NCBI GenBank assembly: GCA_964362195.1
Contig: CAYICZ010000002.1
Coordinates: 63 to 64,062, forward strand
Reading direction: 5' to 3'
Length of the DNA: 64,000 bases
Source of the DNA: an uncultured Gammaproteobacteria bacterium
GTDB lineage: Bacteria; Patescibacteriota; Microgenomatia; Daviesbacterales; UBA10151
Shown here: piece after piece, positions 18,142 to 27,026 of the stretch
How the letters are laid out: each line of letters opens with the position of its first letter
Numbering within the stretch: position 1 is the stretch's first letter
The notes under the pieces: model-generated
Told to the model about the DNA's origin: nothing
Seen by the model: the letters and a program-made list of their open reading frames with translations, nothing else
Databases searched by the model: none
Translations under genes and position numbers: made by a program

Positions 18142-20055
18142 ATGCCCAAATTTTTAAAATTACTCAGGCTTAATCAAAAAGGGGTTATCCACCTTATTCC
18201 CCTATTCCTTATATTAATAGGTATTATTGCTGGAGTATATTTAGTCCAGCATCCGCAGATCTTTAAGCCAAAGGCTGATGCACCGACTATTCAGTGGGTG
18301 CCGCGAAGCTCGGAAAATGATCCTGATAATTGTGTAACCGGAGTTGATCAAAATGGTTATGCCATAGCTGTCTGTTCAAAATTAAAGCTAAAATTTAACC
18401 TGCCGGCTCAATCTTCAGATGCAGGGTTCCAGTTTGTTAAAACAGCATATGCAAACCATCCTGCTGACACAGAAGACTTTTATTGTCAAAATAATCAGGT
18501 TTGGCACAGTGAGTACAGACCTGCCTGGGATTTGCTCGGTTGGTTCTCAGACCATAGTTTTAAAGAGGACTGTTCGAAAAGCAAGAAGATTTGTGTTACG
18601 TTGCCTGGTAGTGGAACGGGACAGGGAAAGCTTACCCAAAATGCGGCATGCGAAAATCAGCTTAGTATCGTATCATTTTCTACAGAGGACAGTGCAGGCC
18701 AGTCTAAGAAAGACTTTGTTACAGGAGATAAACCATTTACAGTAACTGCTTCAGCACTGGTTCGCAATAATAGCGGTGATTACGTTGAAGGAGATCAAAT
18801 ATGGCAGTGGTTTAATCCTTCAGGATCTTGGGTATCTGCAGAAACGGTTCATTTTATACTGCCGCCAGGTGTATCTGATGATATAGCCACTGCTATCTTA
18901 AGAGATAAAAATTCACCACCAGGTACCTATCGGGTAGATTTAAAAATTCTCGATATGAACGGGAACAAAATATCTGAAAGTTCCACTGCCTTTCAAGTAT
19001 CTTCTGTAGGAAAATTCCATTGTGGTTTTGCTTCAGATAAAGATAAAATCTACGATCAAAATTCTAAACTGATTAGCGATTGTGCAAGTACCAATCAGAT
19101 ATGCGTAGAGATTTCTGTTCCTGTCACCGTAGGTAGTGTAACAACAGCTAAATGCGCAGATAATCAGACAGTACCAACTCCAACTGGTGTTGGTACTACT
19201 GAACCAGCGGCTTCTCAAGTTACCCCTTCCCCAACTCCCGCTGCAGGCGGAATTAAGGTTGTTTGTGACGATAAAAAAGAGACTTATGGCCAGTGCGGCA
19301 ATACAGATGGATTAGAAGGTAAGGATCCTACCCATGAATTTGAAGTTACCAAAGTTACAGACTGTAATGGCAGGCCAAAGCCATACCTGATTAAAGATAA
19401 CGGCCCCTCTTCCAGATGTCCGCAAGATTCCGGCTCCCAAACAATAACCACCCCATCTACTGCCCCGACTGCTACAACAGCCCCTATCGCTTCCAGGAAA
19501 ATTGTAAAGTACAGGTATAAAGTAAGCTATCCTCCAATTAAAGAATCAGGCTGGATAAATATTACGGGTGGAGATATTGCAATAGATGCTGAAAATGCCA
19601 GCCCGGGAACACAAACAATTTACTTTGAATTTGCGGACAGCAATGGACAAATAGTAGAAATAGACGGTAAATCTACTGTGGCTGCATATGTAATATTTAT
19701 TGCACCGGGTACAACAACAACGCCAACTCCGACCATGACTCCGACTGCAGCTCCCCAGGCTACAGTTACACCAACTCCGGCAGGTACCGGCTGTACTGCT
19801 CCTCAGGCACCAACAGGCTTAGGTTATGATAAAAATAGTAGGACTGTTTTCTGGAATAAAGTTGAGGGAGCATCAGCATATAATGTTAGATTAGTGGATC
19901 CTGCTAAAGTTGAGCATGATCATGATGATATTAGTAACACCTGGTATACATTCCCTGCCAGTGAGGTTTCGGCTGTTGGAAGTTATTCAGGTTGGGTAGA
20001 TGCTTTTAACCAATGCGGAGTAGCAAGAGGTGGTTTCTCCTTTACCAACCTATGA
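18142..20055 (+). CDS. N-terminally anchored Cys-rich surface protein with Thr/Pro linkers and a C-terminal Fn3-like module (paralog 1)
   Basis: signal-anchor LILIGIIAGVYLVQHPQIFKPKA; many Cys; TPTPT linkers; C-terminal APTGLGYDKNSRTVFWNKVEGASAYNVRLVD resembles fibronectin type III. Confidence 0.55.
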   Translation: MPKFLKLLRLNQKGVIHLIPLFLILIGIIAGVYLVQHPQIFKPKADAPTIQWVPRSSENDPDNCVTGVDQNGYAIAVCSKLKLKFNLPAQSSDAGFQFVKTAYANHPADTEDFYCQNNQVWHSEYRPAWDLLGWFSDHSFKEDCSKSKKICVTLPGSGTGQGKLTQNAACENQLSIVSFSTEDSAGQSKKDFVTGDKPFTVTASALVRNNSGDYVEGDQIWQWFNPSGSWVSAETVHFILPPGVSDDIATAILRDKNSPPGTYRVDLKILDMNGNKISESSTAFQVSSVGKFHCGFASDKDKIYDQNSKLISDCASTNQICVEISVPVTVGSVTTAKCADNQTVPTPTGVGTTEPAASQVTPSPTPAAGGIKVVCDDKKETYGQCGNTDGLEGKDPTHEFEVTKVTDCNGRPKPYLIKDNGPSSRCPQDSGSQTITTPSTAPTATTAPIASRKIVKYRYKVSYPPIKESGWINITGGDIAIDAENASPGTQTIYFEFADSNGQIVEIDGKSTVAAYVIFIAPGTTTTPTPTMTPTAAPQATVTPTPAGTGCTAPQAPTGLGYDKNSRTVFWNKVEGASAYNVRLVDPAKVEHDHDDISNTWYTFPASEVSAVGSYSGWVDAFNQCGVARGGFSFTNL

Positions 20056-21455
20056 AGTTAGGCTTTATGTTAAACCAAAAAGGCCTTGCCCATATATTTT
20101 TACTTCTTATTTTAGGACTTGGAATTATTGCCGGGGTTTATTTAGTTTCTCATCCTACTATTTTTAAACCTAAAGCAGCTGGGGCAAATATTGAAATCGG
20201 AACTAATGAATGTGTAAGGCAAGTGGAAGGCAGAAAGACTTTAGTTTGCGGCGATGTTCCCTTAAAGCTTGTTTCTCCGCTAGAAACCGGCAATGCTGCC
20301 CCTGTTTCTGATGCAGGTTTTAGCCTGGTAAAAACAGTTTTAGCTCAAGAATCTAAAGGAGGGGTTGGATATTCTTGTGAGAAGGAAGGTGGAGATAAGT
20401 TAAAGATTTATCACCAGAAATGTAATTTTCAACTCCTTGGTATTAATTTTTGTGAGTTAAACTTCCCCTATACTAAATATGACTTAATACAAGAAAGTTG
20501 TGATATTGGACAAAGATGTGATTCAACTACTACAGATCTTTTTAATACCATAGCTAAATGCGTACCAGATGAGAATTCTCAACCCATCAGAAATCTCCAG
20601 CCTCCTATTTTTGTCCAGCCGCCCATCCCCACACCTACTTTTACTTCTATCCCCCGTGCTGTAGCTACTCCTACCCCAATTCCTACTGTAACAAATACTT
20701 CCCGTGCTACAGTTACTCCAACTTCAACTCCTATTCCGGCTGTAACCACTACAGCTACCCCAACAGCTACCCCACCTCCTACTCCTGATGCAATTGCTAG
20801 TGCTACACCAAGAGTTACAAAAGGTTACAGGATTGCGGAAGATCTGACTGCTTTAAAAACAGCCAAGTGGCATGATGATTATAAAGCTGGAGGAATAACT
20901 TATATTTATCCTCTTAGCAAAGATACAAAACCAGGTGGTACTGTTACATTGTTTGTGGAATTTAGGGATCAGGACGAGAAAACTATTAAATTCAGCAATG
21001 GGAATACGTATGCCAGCGTAAGTATTGATTTTTCCGCTCCCGAAGTATCTCCTTCCCCAACTGCTGCCCGTGTTATTGCAGCAACAACATGTAAGGTTGC
21101 TGAAAATGCCAATAGAAAGTGTACTCTTCCAACTGAAAAATGTGAGATTACAACTTTGGCTGATATAGGTAATTGTACAAATGAACAGTTATTGGGAACG
21201 TTAACCAAGGAGCAGCTTGGAACAATTGATCTCGCAAGAATGAAGACATTTGGAAGCGATGATCTGATGTGTTTTTTCCCTAGAGAAGTAGTAGCCAGAA
21301 TGGATGCAGGAACGTTAAAAGACTTACCTAATGAAGATTTGCTTCTATTGGGTGATGCTTCAGGCGACTGTAAAACATTTCTTTCCAGTTTTAGTTGCGA
21401 CAGAATAGTTTTGCTCCCTTCAGAATATCAGGCTCTCACCAGTTGTGGCCGTTAG
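20052..21455 (+). CDS. N-terminally anchored Cys-rich surface protein (paralog 2)
   Basis: same N-terminal block LLILGLGIIAGVYLVSHPTIFKPKA and SDAGFSLVKT motif as paralog 1; start moved to the ATG at 20052 (ATGA overlap with the upstream stop). Confidence 0.55.
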   Translation: MKLGFMLNQKGLAHIFLLLILGLGIIAGVYLVSHPTIFKPKAAGANIEIGTNECVRQVEGRKTLVCGDVPLKLVSPLETGNAAPVSDAGFSLVKTVLAQESKGGVGYSCEKEGGDKLKIYHQKCNFQLLGINFCELNFPYTKYDLIQESCDIGQRCDSTTTDLFNTIAKCVPDENSQPIRNLQPPIFVQPPIPTPTFTSIPRAVATPTPIPTVTNTSRATVTPTSTPIPAVTTTATPTATPPPTPDAIASATPRVTKGYRIAEDLTALKTAKWHDDYKAGGITYIYPLSKDTKPGGTVTLFVEFRDQDEKTIKFSNGNTYASVSIDFSAPEVSPSPTAARVIAATTCKVAENANRKCTLPTEKCEITTLADIGNCTNEQLLGTLTKEQLGTIDLARMKTFGSDDLMCFFPREVVARMDAGTLKDLPNEDLLLLGDASGDCKTFLSSFSCDRIVLLPSEYQALTSCGR

Positions 21456-21506
21456 CTTGACAAAACCATTCAAAAAGTGACAAAGTGAATACAGGACTTA
21501 ATTTAC

Positions 21507-23495
21507 ATGTCAGATTATCTAAAGGAAATCTTATCCAGGAAGAATTTAATCAATATTTTAATTCTGGCTATTTTAATTTTAGCAGTTCCCTTAACCATAA
21601 ATTTAGTCAGACAGCAGCAGATTTTAAAATCCAAAGCAGCCACAGATACAGTGCAATTGGTAGACAATTCTTGTACCAGCGTCCAAAATAATAAAAAAGT
21701 CTTAACCTGTCCAACAGTCACCTTAAACTTTGTTGCCCCAACTGAGGTGGATGTAATTACTGAACAAAGATTAGTTAATACTGCTTATGCTGCACAAGGT
21801 GATTGTATTTATTCTGAGGTGGATATAAACGGTACTAAATGCTACACCGGAGTTTGTTCTGTTCCAAATTGCAGTTTTAACAATAATTGTGTATATCAAT
21901 ATGGAATATCTGAACTAACAACATGTCCTGGTCAAGCTGCGCCAACCAGTTGTTCTTCTGATCTGGAGTATTGCGATACAGACCTAAATAGAATTGTCCA
22001 TAAAACAGGAGGGGTTTATGATCCGGAGCGAGCGATAAAAGCAGATGGGTCAAGAACAGATGATTATCCATGTGTTTATGCCTATGTGGACACAGGACGC
22101 GCTTGTCCAGGTGGAGGATCAGCAACTCCAACTTCAACTTCAACTCCAACACCAACACCTGCTCCTGCTGCTGCTTCAACAGCTGCACCTTGTCCAAAAA
22201 ATCCTGGAGACTCCGGGACGAAAACGACTTGTGGAACAACAACATACGACAGCTGTGTAGATGATCAAGGTGTGCCGGATACCAATACCCAATTTTGTAA
22301 AAATGCTAGTTCTAAGTTTAAATGTTCATACTCCAAAAATTCAGCCTGTACTAGTGAATTTGTTTATTCCTGTTCATCTTGTGCTACTGCTTCCCCATCC
22401 CCTTCTGCCTCTCCTTCTACAGTTCAAAATGTTGTCAAAGTAAGATACGCGGAAAACTCAGCTGATTTAACTAACCCTAATGCCAGACGTGAATTTGCAT
22501 ATTTTAAGGGTGGAGTTAGACAGGATATTACTTTTGTTGATCAAACCCCTGGTACTAAATTCATTTATGCCCAGTTTATAGATGATAAAGGTCAGACTCA
22601 AAATGGTAATCCTTTTCCATTCAAGATAGATCTGGTTGGTCCAACCCCACTGGTGTCAGGTTTTGCCTGTGAGCTGGATTTGGTTAATTCTTCTGATTTA
22701 TTGTTTAAGTTTATAGGGTCTAATTTTGGTCAAACTCAAGGTAATGGAAGTATAACCCTTAGAAGTGGCGGCAGCATAAGTAGATACGACAGCTGGACAG
22801 ACAGCGTAGTTACTGCCCGTTTAAGCAGTCCCCCGGTTTCTGCAATTGCTTTAGGAACTCAATATTTTGCAACTTTGACAAATAGTAATGGACAAAAATC
22901 CCAGGAACAGCAATGTTTGGTGGGAATTACCCAAATCTCCCTTGGGGCAAAGCTTTTCTGTAGGGCTCAGAGGGATTTTGACCAGGACAATGTTGAGCTG
23001 ATTTTAATTTTAGATAAAGACCGTTCTCAAAAATCAACTGAAAAAGTAACTATAGATAAAGATGGCAATATTACCAATATTAAAACCAAACTTAAATCAG
23101 GTGAAAACTATATTGCCTGTATCAAAGCTCCCTTAAGTTTAAAAAGATGCTCTGCTCCATTCACAGCTTCTTCCGGAACTAACAATTTAACAATAAATCT
23201 TCCTATTGGAGATTATAATGGGGATGGTAGTATAAATAGTGTGGATGCATCTTTACTTAAAAGTCAGTGGGGGCCTATGAATTCCTCTAAAAACTGTGAT
23301 GTAAACCGGGATCGATTCTGTAATTCATTTGAATGGTCTTGTATGCTGCATGATTTTAATACATCTGATCAACAAACGCTGCCTAATTCTATTGCCCCAG
23401 TTTCAACTCCTACACCGACTCCTACACCAACTCCAACACCAACTCCAACACCACCACCGTCACCTACGCCAACACCTGATACATCAGGAATTTAA
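21507..23495 (+). CDS. N-terminally anchored Cys-rich surface protein with C-terminal dockerin-like module (paralog 3)
   Basis: N-terminal anchor plus ILKSKAATDT; C-terminal DYNGDGSINSVDASLLKSQWG...NCDVNRDRFCN matches dockerin Ca-binding repeats (D.NGDG.INS.D...LK); (TP)n tail. Confidence 0.55.
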   Translation: MSDYLKEILSRKNLINILILAILILAVPLTINLVRQQQILKSKAATDTVQLVDNSCTSVQNNKKVLTCPTVTLNFVAPTEVDVITEQRLVNTAYAAQGDCIYSEVDINGTKCYTGVCSVPNCSFNNNCVYQYGISELTTCPGQAAPTSCSSDLEYCDTDLNRIVHKTGGVYDPERAIKADGSRTDDYPCVYAYVDTGRACPGGGSATPTSTSTPTPTPAPAAASTAAPCPKNPGDSGTKTTCGTTTYDSCVDDQGVPDTNTQFCKNASSKFKCSYSKNSACTSEFVYSCSSCATASPSPSASPSTVQNVVKVRYAENSADLTNPNARREFAYFKGGVRQDITFVDQTPGTKFIYAQFIDDKGQTQNGNPFPFKIDLVGPTPLVSGFACELDLVNSSDLLFKFIGSNFGQTQGNGSITLRSGGSISRYDSWTDSVVTARLSSPPVSAIALGTQYFATLTNSNGQKSQEQQCLVGITQISLGAKLFCRAQRDFDQDNVELILILDKDRSQKSTEKVTIDKDGNITNIKTKLKSGENYIACIKAPLSLKRCSAPFTASSGTNNLTINLPIGDYNGDGSINSVDASLLKSQWGPMNSSKNCDVNRDRFCNSFEWSCMLHDFNTSDQQTLPNSIAPVSTPTPTPTPTPTPTPTPPPSPTPTPDTSGI

Positions 23496-23513
23496 ATGTG
23501 ATAATCTAAAAAT

Positions 23514-24137
23514 ATGGACAATCAAATATTTAATTATCAAAATTCGGATTTTCAAAAACCTCCCAAAGCTGGTTTGCCCATACTGAGGATTATTTTTTTT
23601 ATCTTTGCTGCAGTAATTGCCTTTGAGCTTTTAATGGGCGCCAAAACCTTGCTTACTCCTATCAAAGTGATCCAAAAAACTCCGTCTACGGTTGTTTTAT
23701 CAGAGGGGGTTATTAATCTAAGCACTCTTCAGTCTTCATATGGTGTTTCAGAGACAGTTCCTGTTGCTGTTAAAGTTTCAACCGGTAATCACCTAACCTC
23801 AGGTGTTGATTTGGTTTTAAAATATGATCCTGTTATACTGGAGGCATCCAGTGCAGCTTTGATTAAAGGATCGGCCTTTGATGAGTATCCGGATGTAAAT
23901 ATAGATTCTAAAAATGGCATATTAAGAGCTTCAGGAGTGGTTTCTCCTGCAAAGCTAGGATTTAACGGCAATAATGGAGATTTTGGAGTGATTAATTTCA
24001 CTGCAATATCCAAAGGAATGACCACTATTTCCCTGGAATTTTCTCCAAATGCAACTGATGATTCAAACATGGTGGAGCTGGAAACCAATAAAGATGTATT
24101 AGGAAAAGTCAGTAGTGTTAAAATAAATATACAATGA
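23514..24137 (+). CDS. membrane-anchored cohesin-domain protein
   Basis: N-terminal TM; VPVAVKVSTGNHLTSGVDLVLKYDPVILEA...GVINFTAISKGMTTISLEF matches the cohesin consensus (v.v......l.g.dl.l.YDp.vLe ... i.F.a...G.t.l.f). Confidence 0.5.
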   Translation: MDNQIFNYQNSDFQKPPKAGLPILRIIFFIFAAVIAFELLMGAKTLLTPIKVIQKTPSTVVLSEGVINLSTLQSSYGVSETVPVAVKVSTGNHLTSGVDLVLKYDPVILEASSAALIKGSAFDEYPDVNIDSKNGILRASGVVSPAKLGFNGNNGDFGVINFTAISKGMTTISLEFSPNATDDSNMVELETNKDVLGKVSSVKINIQ

Positions 24138-24859
24138 AAAAATTACTGTCTATAATGTCTGTATTACTGTTTGGATTTTTAACAGCCGCTCCTGCTTATG
24201 CCTCTACTTTATCCCTCTCCCCTGCATCCGGCACCTTTAATAAAGGCTGCAACTTTGTTTTGGATGTTTTACTTGATACCCAAGGAGCATCAACAGACGG
24301 GACTGATGCTTATATTAATTTTGATTCCTCCCGTTTTACTATGGTTAGTATAAATACAACAGGAAAAATATACCCTGAATATCCTGGCAGCGGAATAGAT
24401 TCTCAAAATGTTAACAAAATTTTAATCTCAGGTTTGGCAACCTTTGGACAACCATATTCAGGTTCAGGAAAGCTGGCTACTATTAATTTTACAGTGAAAG
24501 AAGCAGCCCAAACAGGACTGTCTCAGATGACTTTTGATTTTGATACAAACAATAAAAACTCAACTATTGATTCAAATGTGGTTAAATCAGGTGATTCTAC
24601 AGAAACGCTGACATCTGTAAATAATGGAAGCTATACTATAGGTACAGGGAGTTGTACCAGTCCTTCCCCTACTCCTGCAGGAAGAGTTAATATAGGAGGG
24701 CCTAATATTTCCACCCCTTCTGCAACACAAATTCCTTTGAAACAAATACCTACCAAAGAAAGTTTGCCTGATGCCGGGACACCTGAGTTTACAGCCGCAA
24801 TTGCTATTGTTGGTTCTATTTTAACTGTCCTGGGGATTTTAGGACTGGCTTTGTTATGA
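24134..24859 (+). CDS. secreted cohesin-like protein with C-terminal LPDAGTPEF + TM anchor
   Basis: signal peptide ending AYAST; cohesin-like block NFVLDVLLDTQGASTDGTDAYINFDSSRFTMVSI...GKLATINFTVKEAAQTGLSQMTFDF; C-terminus LPDAGTPEFTAAIAIVGSILTVLGILGLALL. Confidence 0.5.
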   Translation: MKKLLSIMSVLLFGFLTAAPAYASTLSLSPASGTFNKGCNFVLDVLLDTQGASTDGTDAYINFDSSRFTMVSINTTGKIYPEYPGSGIDSQNVNKILISGLATFGQPYSGSGKLATINFTVKEAAQTGLSQMTFDFDTNNKNSTIDSNVVKSGDSTETLTSVNNGSYTIGTGSCTSPSPTPAGRVNIGGPNISTPSATQIPLKQIPTKESLPDAGTPEFTAAIAIVGSILTVLGILGLALL

Positions 24860-25779
24860 CACTTGCTGCGCTGATAACTGATTTTTTAGAGTATCTGGAA
24901 CTGGAGAGGAATACCTCACAGCTGACTATTAAAAATTATGATCATTATCTAAAGCGGTTTCTGGATTTTGCAGGTGATATCAATCCAAAAGATATAGATT
25001 TAAATCTTGTTAGAAAATATAGACTGCACCTTTCAAGATGGGCAGATCCCCAGACACAAAAATCCTTAAAAAGAATTACCCAGAATTATTTTATGATAGC
25101 TTTGCGGGCATTTTTAAGATATTTGGCCAGAATAGATATTGATACTCTCTCCCCTGAGAAAGTTGAGCTTGGTGAAACAGATCCAAGACCCTTAAAGATC
25201 CTGGATGATAGCCATTTAAAACAGCTTTTAGAGGCCCCTGATACCACTAAAAAAGATGGAATCAGGGATAGAAGTATCCTGGAAACCTTATTTTCAACCG
25301 GCCTGCGTGTATCTGAGCTTGCCTCACTGAATTGTGACACCATTAATTTAGGAAGGCGTGAATTTGGGATTGTTGGCAAAGGAGGAAAAGAGCGGGTAGT
25401 ATTTATCTCTGACTCGGCAGCTGAGTGGCTCCAGAAATATCTGGATATCCGGAAAGACAGCTTTAAACCGCTTTTTATCAGATTTCAGGGAAGGATGGAT
25501 CCTGCAAATAATGGTGAGGCAATGAGGCTTACACCACGATCAATTGAAAGAATAGTAGAAAAATATGTTAAATCTTTAGGCTTTTCTGTAAAAGCTACCC
25601 CGCATACATTACGTCACTCTTTTGCTACAGATTTATTAATTAATGGAGCAGATATCCGCTCTGTGCAGGAAATGCTTGGACACTCCTCTATTCAAACAAC
25701 CCAAATTTACACCCATGTGACAAATGCACATTTAAAAGACGTTCACAAAGCCTTTCACTCTAGTAATTCCAAAGAATAG
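24856..25779 (+). CDS. tyrosine recombinase XerC/XerD family
   Basis: N-terminal LITDFLEYLELERNTSQLTIKNY core-binding pattern; C-terminal HTLRHSFATDLLINGADIRSVQEMLGHSSIQTTQIYTHV with the catalytic Tyr. Confidence 0.85.
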   Translation: MTLAALITDFLEYLELERNTSQLTIKNYDHYLKRFLDFAGDINPKDIDLNLVRKYRLHLSRWADPQTQKSLKRITQNYFMIALRAFLRYLARIDIDTLSPEKVELGETDPRPLKILDDSHLKQLLEAPDTTKKDGIRDRSILETLFSTGLRVSELASLNCDTINLGRREFGIVGKGGKERVVFISDSAAEWLQKYLDIRKDSFKPLFIRFQGRMDPANNGEAMRLTPRSIERIVEKYVKSLGFSVKATPHTLRHSFATDLLINGADIRSVQEMLGHSSIQTTQIYTHVTNAHLKDVHKAFHSSNSKE

Positions 25780-25782
25780 CTT

Positions 25783-26142
25783 TTATTTTTTCGCTATATC
25801 TTTGAGCAAGCTTGATAGTACTGTTCCAACAACAGATAAAACTATTGCTCCAAGTATTGCCGGTACCCAGCCATCAATCTTTAAGCCTGGCACCACGTAT
25901 GAGACTATAAATAAGATCAGCGCATTGACTACAAATGAGAATAAACCCAGTGTAATTAATGTTATAGGTAGTGTAATAAGTGCCAGTACTGGTTTAATAA
26001 AAGTATTAACTGCTCCTAAAACAATTGCAGCCAACAGGGCTGTTGTAAAATCAGTAACTCTAAATCCAGGGACAATATAGGCAGTTGCCATTAAAGCCAG
26101 GGCATTTAAAACTAAAGCTACAATAATTTGCAAATTAATCAC
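25783..26142 (-). CDS. phage-holin-family-4 / DUF360-like 4-TM membrane protein
   Basis: 119 aa, 4 TM, pattern AYIVPGF.V..F..A...A.VLG..N...KP.L resembles the YvlD / holin superfamily IV family. Confidence 0.5.
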   Translation of the reverse strand: MINLQIIVALVLNALALMATAYIVPGFRVTDFTTALLAAIVLGAVNTFIKPVLALITLPITLITLGLFSFVVNALILFIVSYVVPGLKIDGWVPAILGAIVLSVVGTVLSSLLKDIAKK

Positions 26143-26194
26143 CTCCTTTAATCTATTATTTGATCAAATTGTAGTTTATGTCAACTTTTTTCAA

Positions 26195-26224
26195 TTGACA
26201 AATTTTGCCTCACTTGTGTAGTAT
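26195..26224 (+). promoter_or_regulatory. promoter candidate (TTGACA-18-TAGTAT) with overlapping tgtcaa/ttgaca inverted repeat, upstream of the amidase gene
   Basis: direct reading of the divergent intergenic region 26143-26246. Confidence 0.3.
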
Positions 26225-26246
26225 TAACTTCTCCTGCCCAAAATAA

Positions 26247-27020
26247 ATGGCCACAAATCTTTCAATCCCATCTTTAGGAGCTAAATTTGTGGATTTAAGA
26301 GATTCTCTTCCCGGAGACTCTTATAATTGGAGTTGGATTAGACAGCTGTCTCAGGTAAATTATCTGGCAATACATCACAGCGCCGGTTCGGATACTCAAA
26401 CCCCGGAAGAAATCGCAGATTATCATATAACTGATCATGGCTGGGGCGGGATTGGGTATCATTTTTTAATTGCTAAAGATGGAGTAGTTTATTATGTAGG
26501 TGACATAGGAACAGCCAGGGCTAATGTTGTTAATTTAAACGAACAGGTAATAGGTATTTGTTTGATAGGGAATTTTACCTCCGGCAGAACTCCTACGGAG
26601 GAGCAAATTGATTCTACTCATAAACTTTGTGAGGCCTTAATCAACTATCCTGAGCTGTCAAATGTTAATTCCTGGGAAGCGCTAAAGTCTCATAAAAGTC
26701 TGCCTGGTCAAGCAACTGTTTGCCCTGGAGATGATGATTCCTGGATGAATAAAATTATTTCCCCCAGAGAAATTATATTTAACCAACCCTTAACTCAAAG
26801 TCAGGAAGTATTAAATTTAAGGTTGCAGGTTGATTCTTTGCAAACTACGCTGGCAACAGTTAATCAGCAGCTTATTTTTTTGCAGGAAGCTTTAGCTGAA
26901 AAAGATCAGAAAAATAGTAATCCTACCCAAACTTTAAAACCTCTCTACCTCGCATTAGCCACCGCCATATTTATAGATTTTATGCTGTCAGGCTTTATAA
27001 TTTTGCTAGGATCTAAATAA
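26247..27020 (+). CDS. N-acetylmuramoyl-L-alanine amidase (Amidase_2/PGRP domain) with C-terminal coiled region and TM anchor
   Basis: HHSAGSD...GWGGIGYHFLI...VIGICLIGNF...ATVCPGD zinc-ligand pattern of Amidase_2. Confidence 0.75.
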   Translation: MATNLSIPSLGAKFVDLRDSLPGDSYNWSWIRQLSQVNYLAIHHSAGSDTQTPEEIADYHITDHGWGGIGYHFLIAKDGVVYYVGDIGTARANVVNLNEQVIGICLIGNFTSGRTPTEEQIDSTHKLCEALINYPELSNVNSWEALKSHKSLPGQATVCPGDDDSWMNKIISPREIIFNQPLTQSQEVLNLRLQVDSLQTTLATVNQQLIFLQEALAEKDQKNSNPTQTLKPLYLALATAIFIDFMLSGFIILLGSK

Positions 27021-27026
27021 TTACAC

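Noticed and set aside
18419-18745. 108-aa ORF nested inside surface-protein gene 18142-20055 (and similar nested ORFs at 22045-22443, 23329-23586, 28108-28719, 58310-59394)
   Set aside because: All are out-of-frame or antisense overlaps within long, motif-supported genes. Low-complexity translations.
23395-23470. Short direct repeats (acacc[a/g]actcc)n that might be taken for a CRISPR array
   Set aside because: They encode the (TP)n linker of the dockerin protein, with no spacers of unique sequence and no cas genes. No CRISPR array is present in the window.
24755-24859. Firm call of a PEF-CTERM or LPXTG sorting signal
   Set aside because: The motif LPDAGTPEF is suggestive, but the helix lacks the basic tail of both signal classes and no cognate sortase or exosortase is visible. 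Reported only as a hypothesis.
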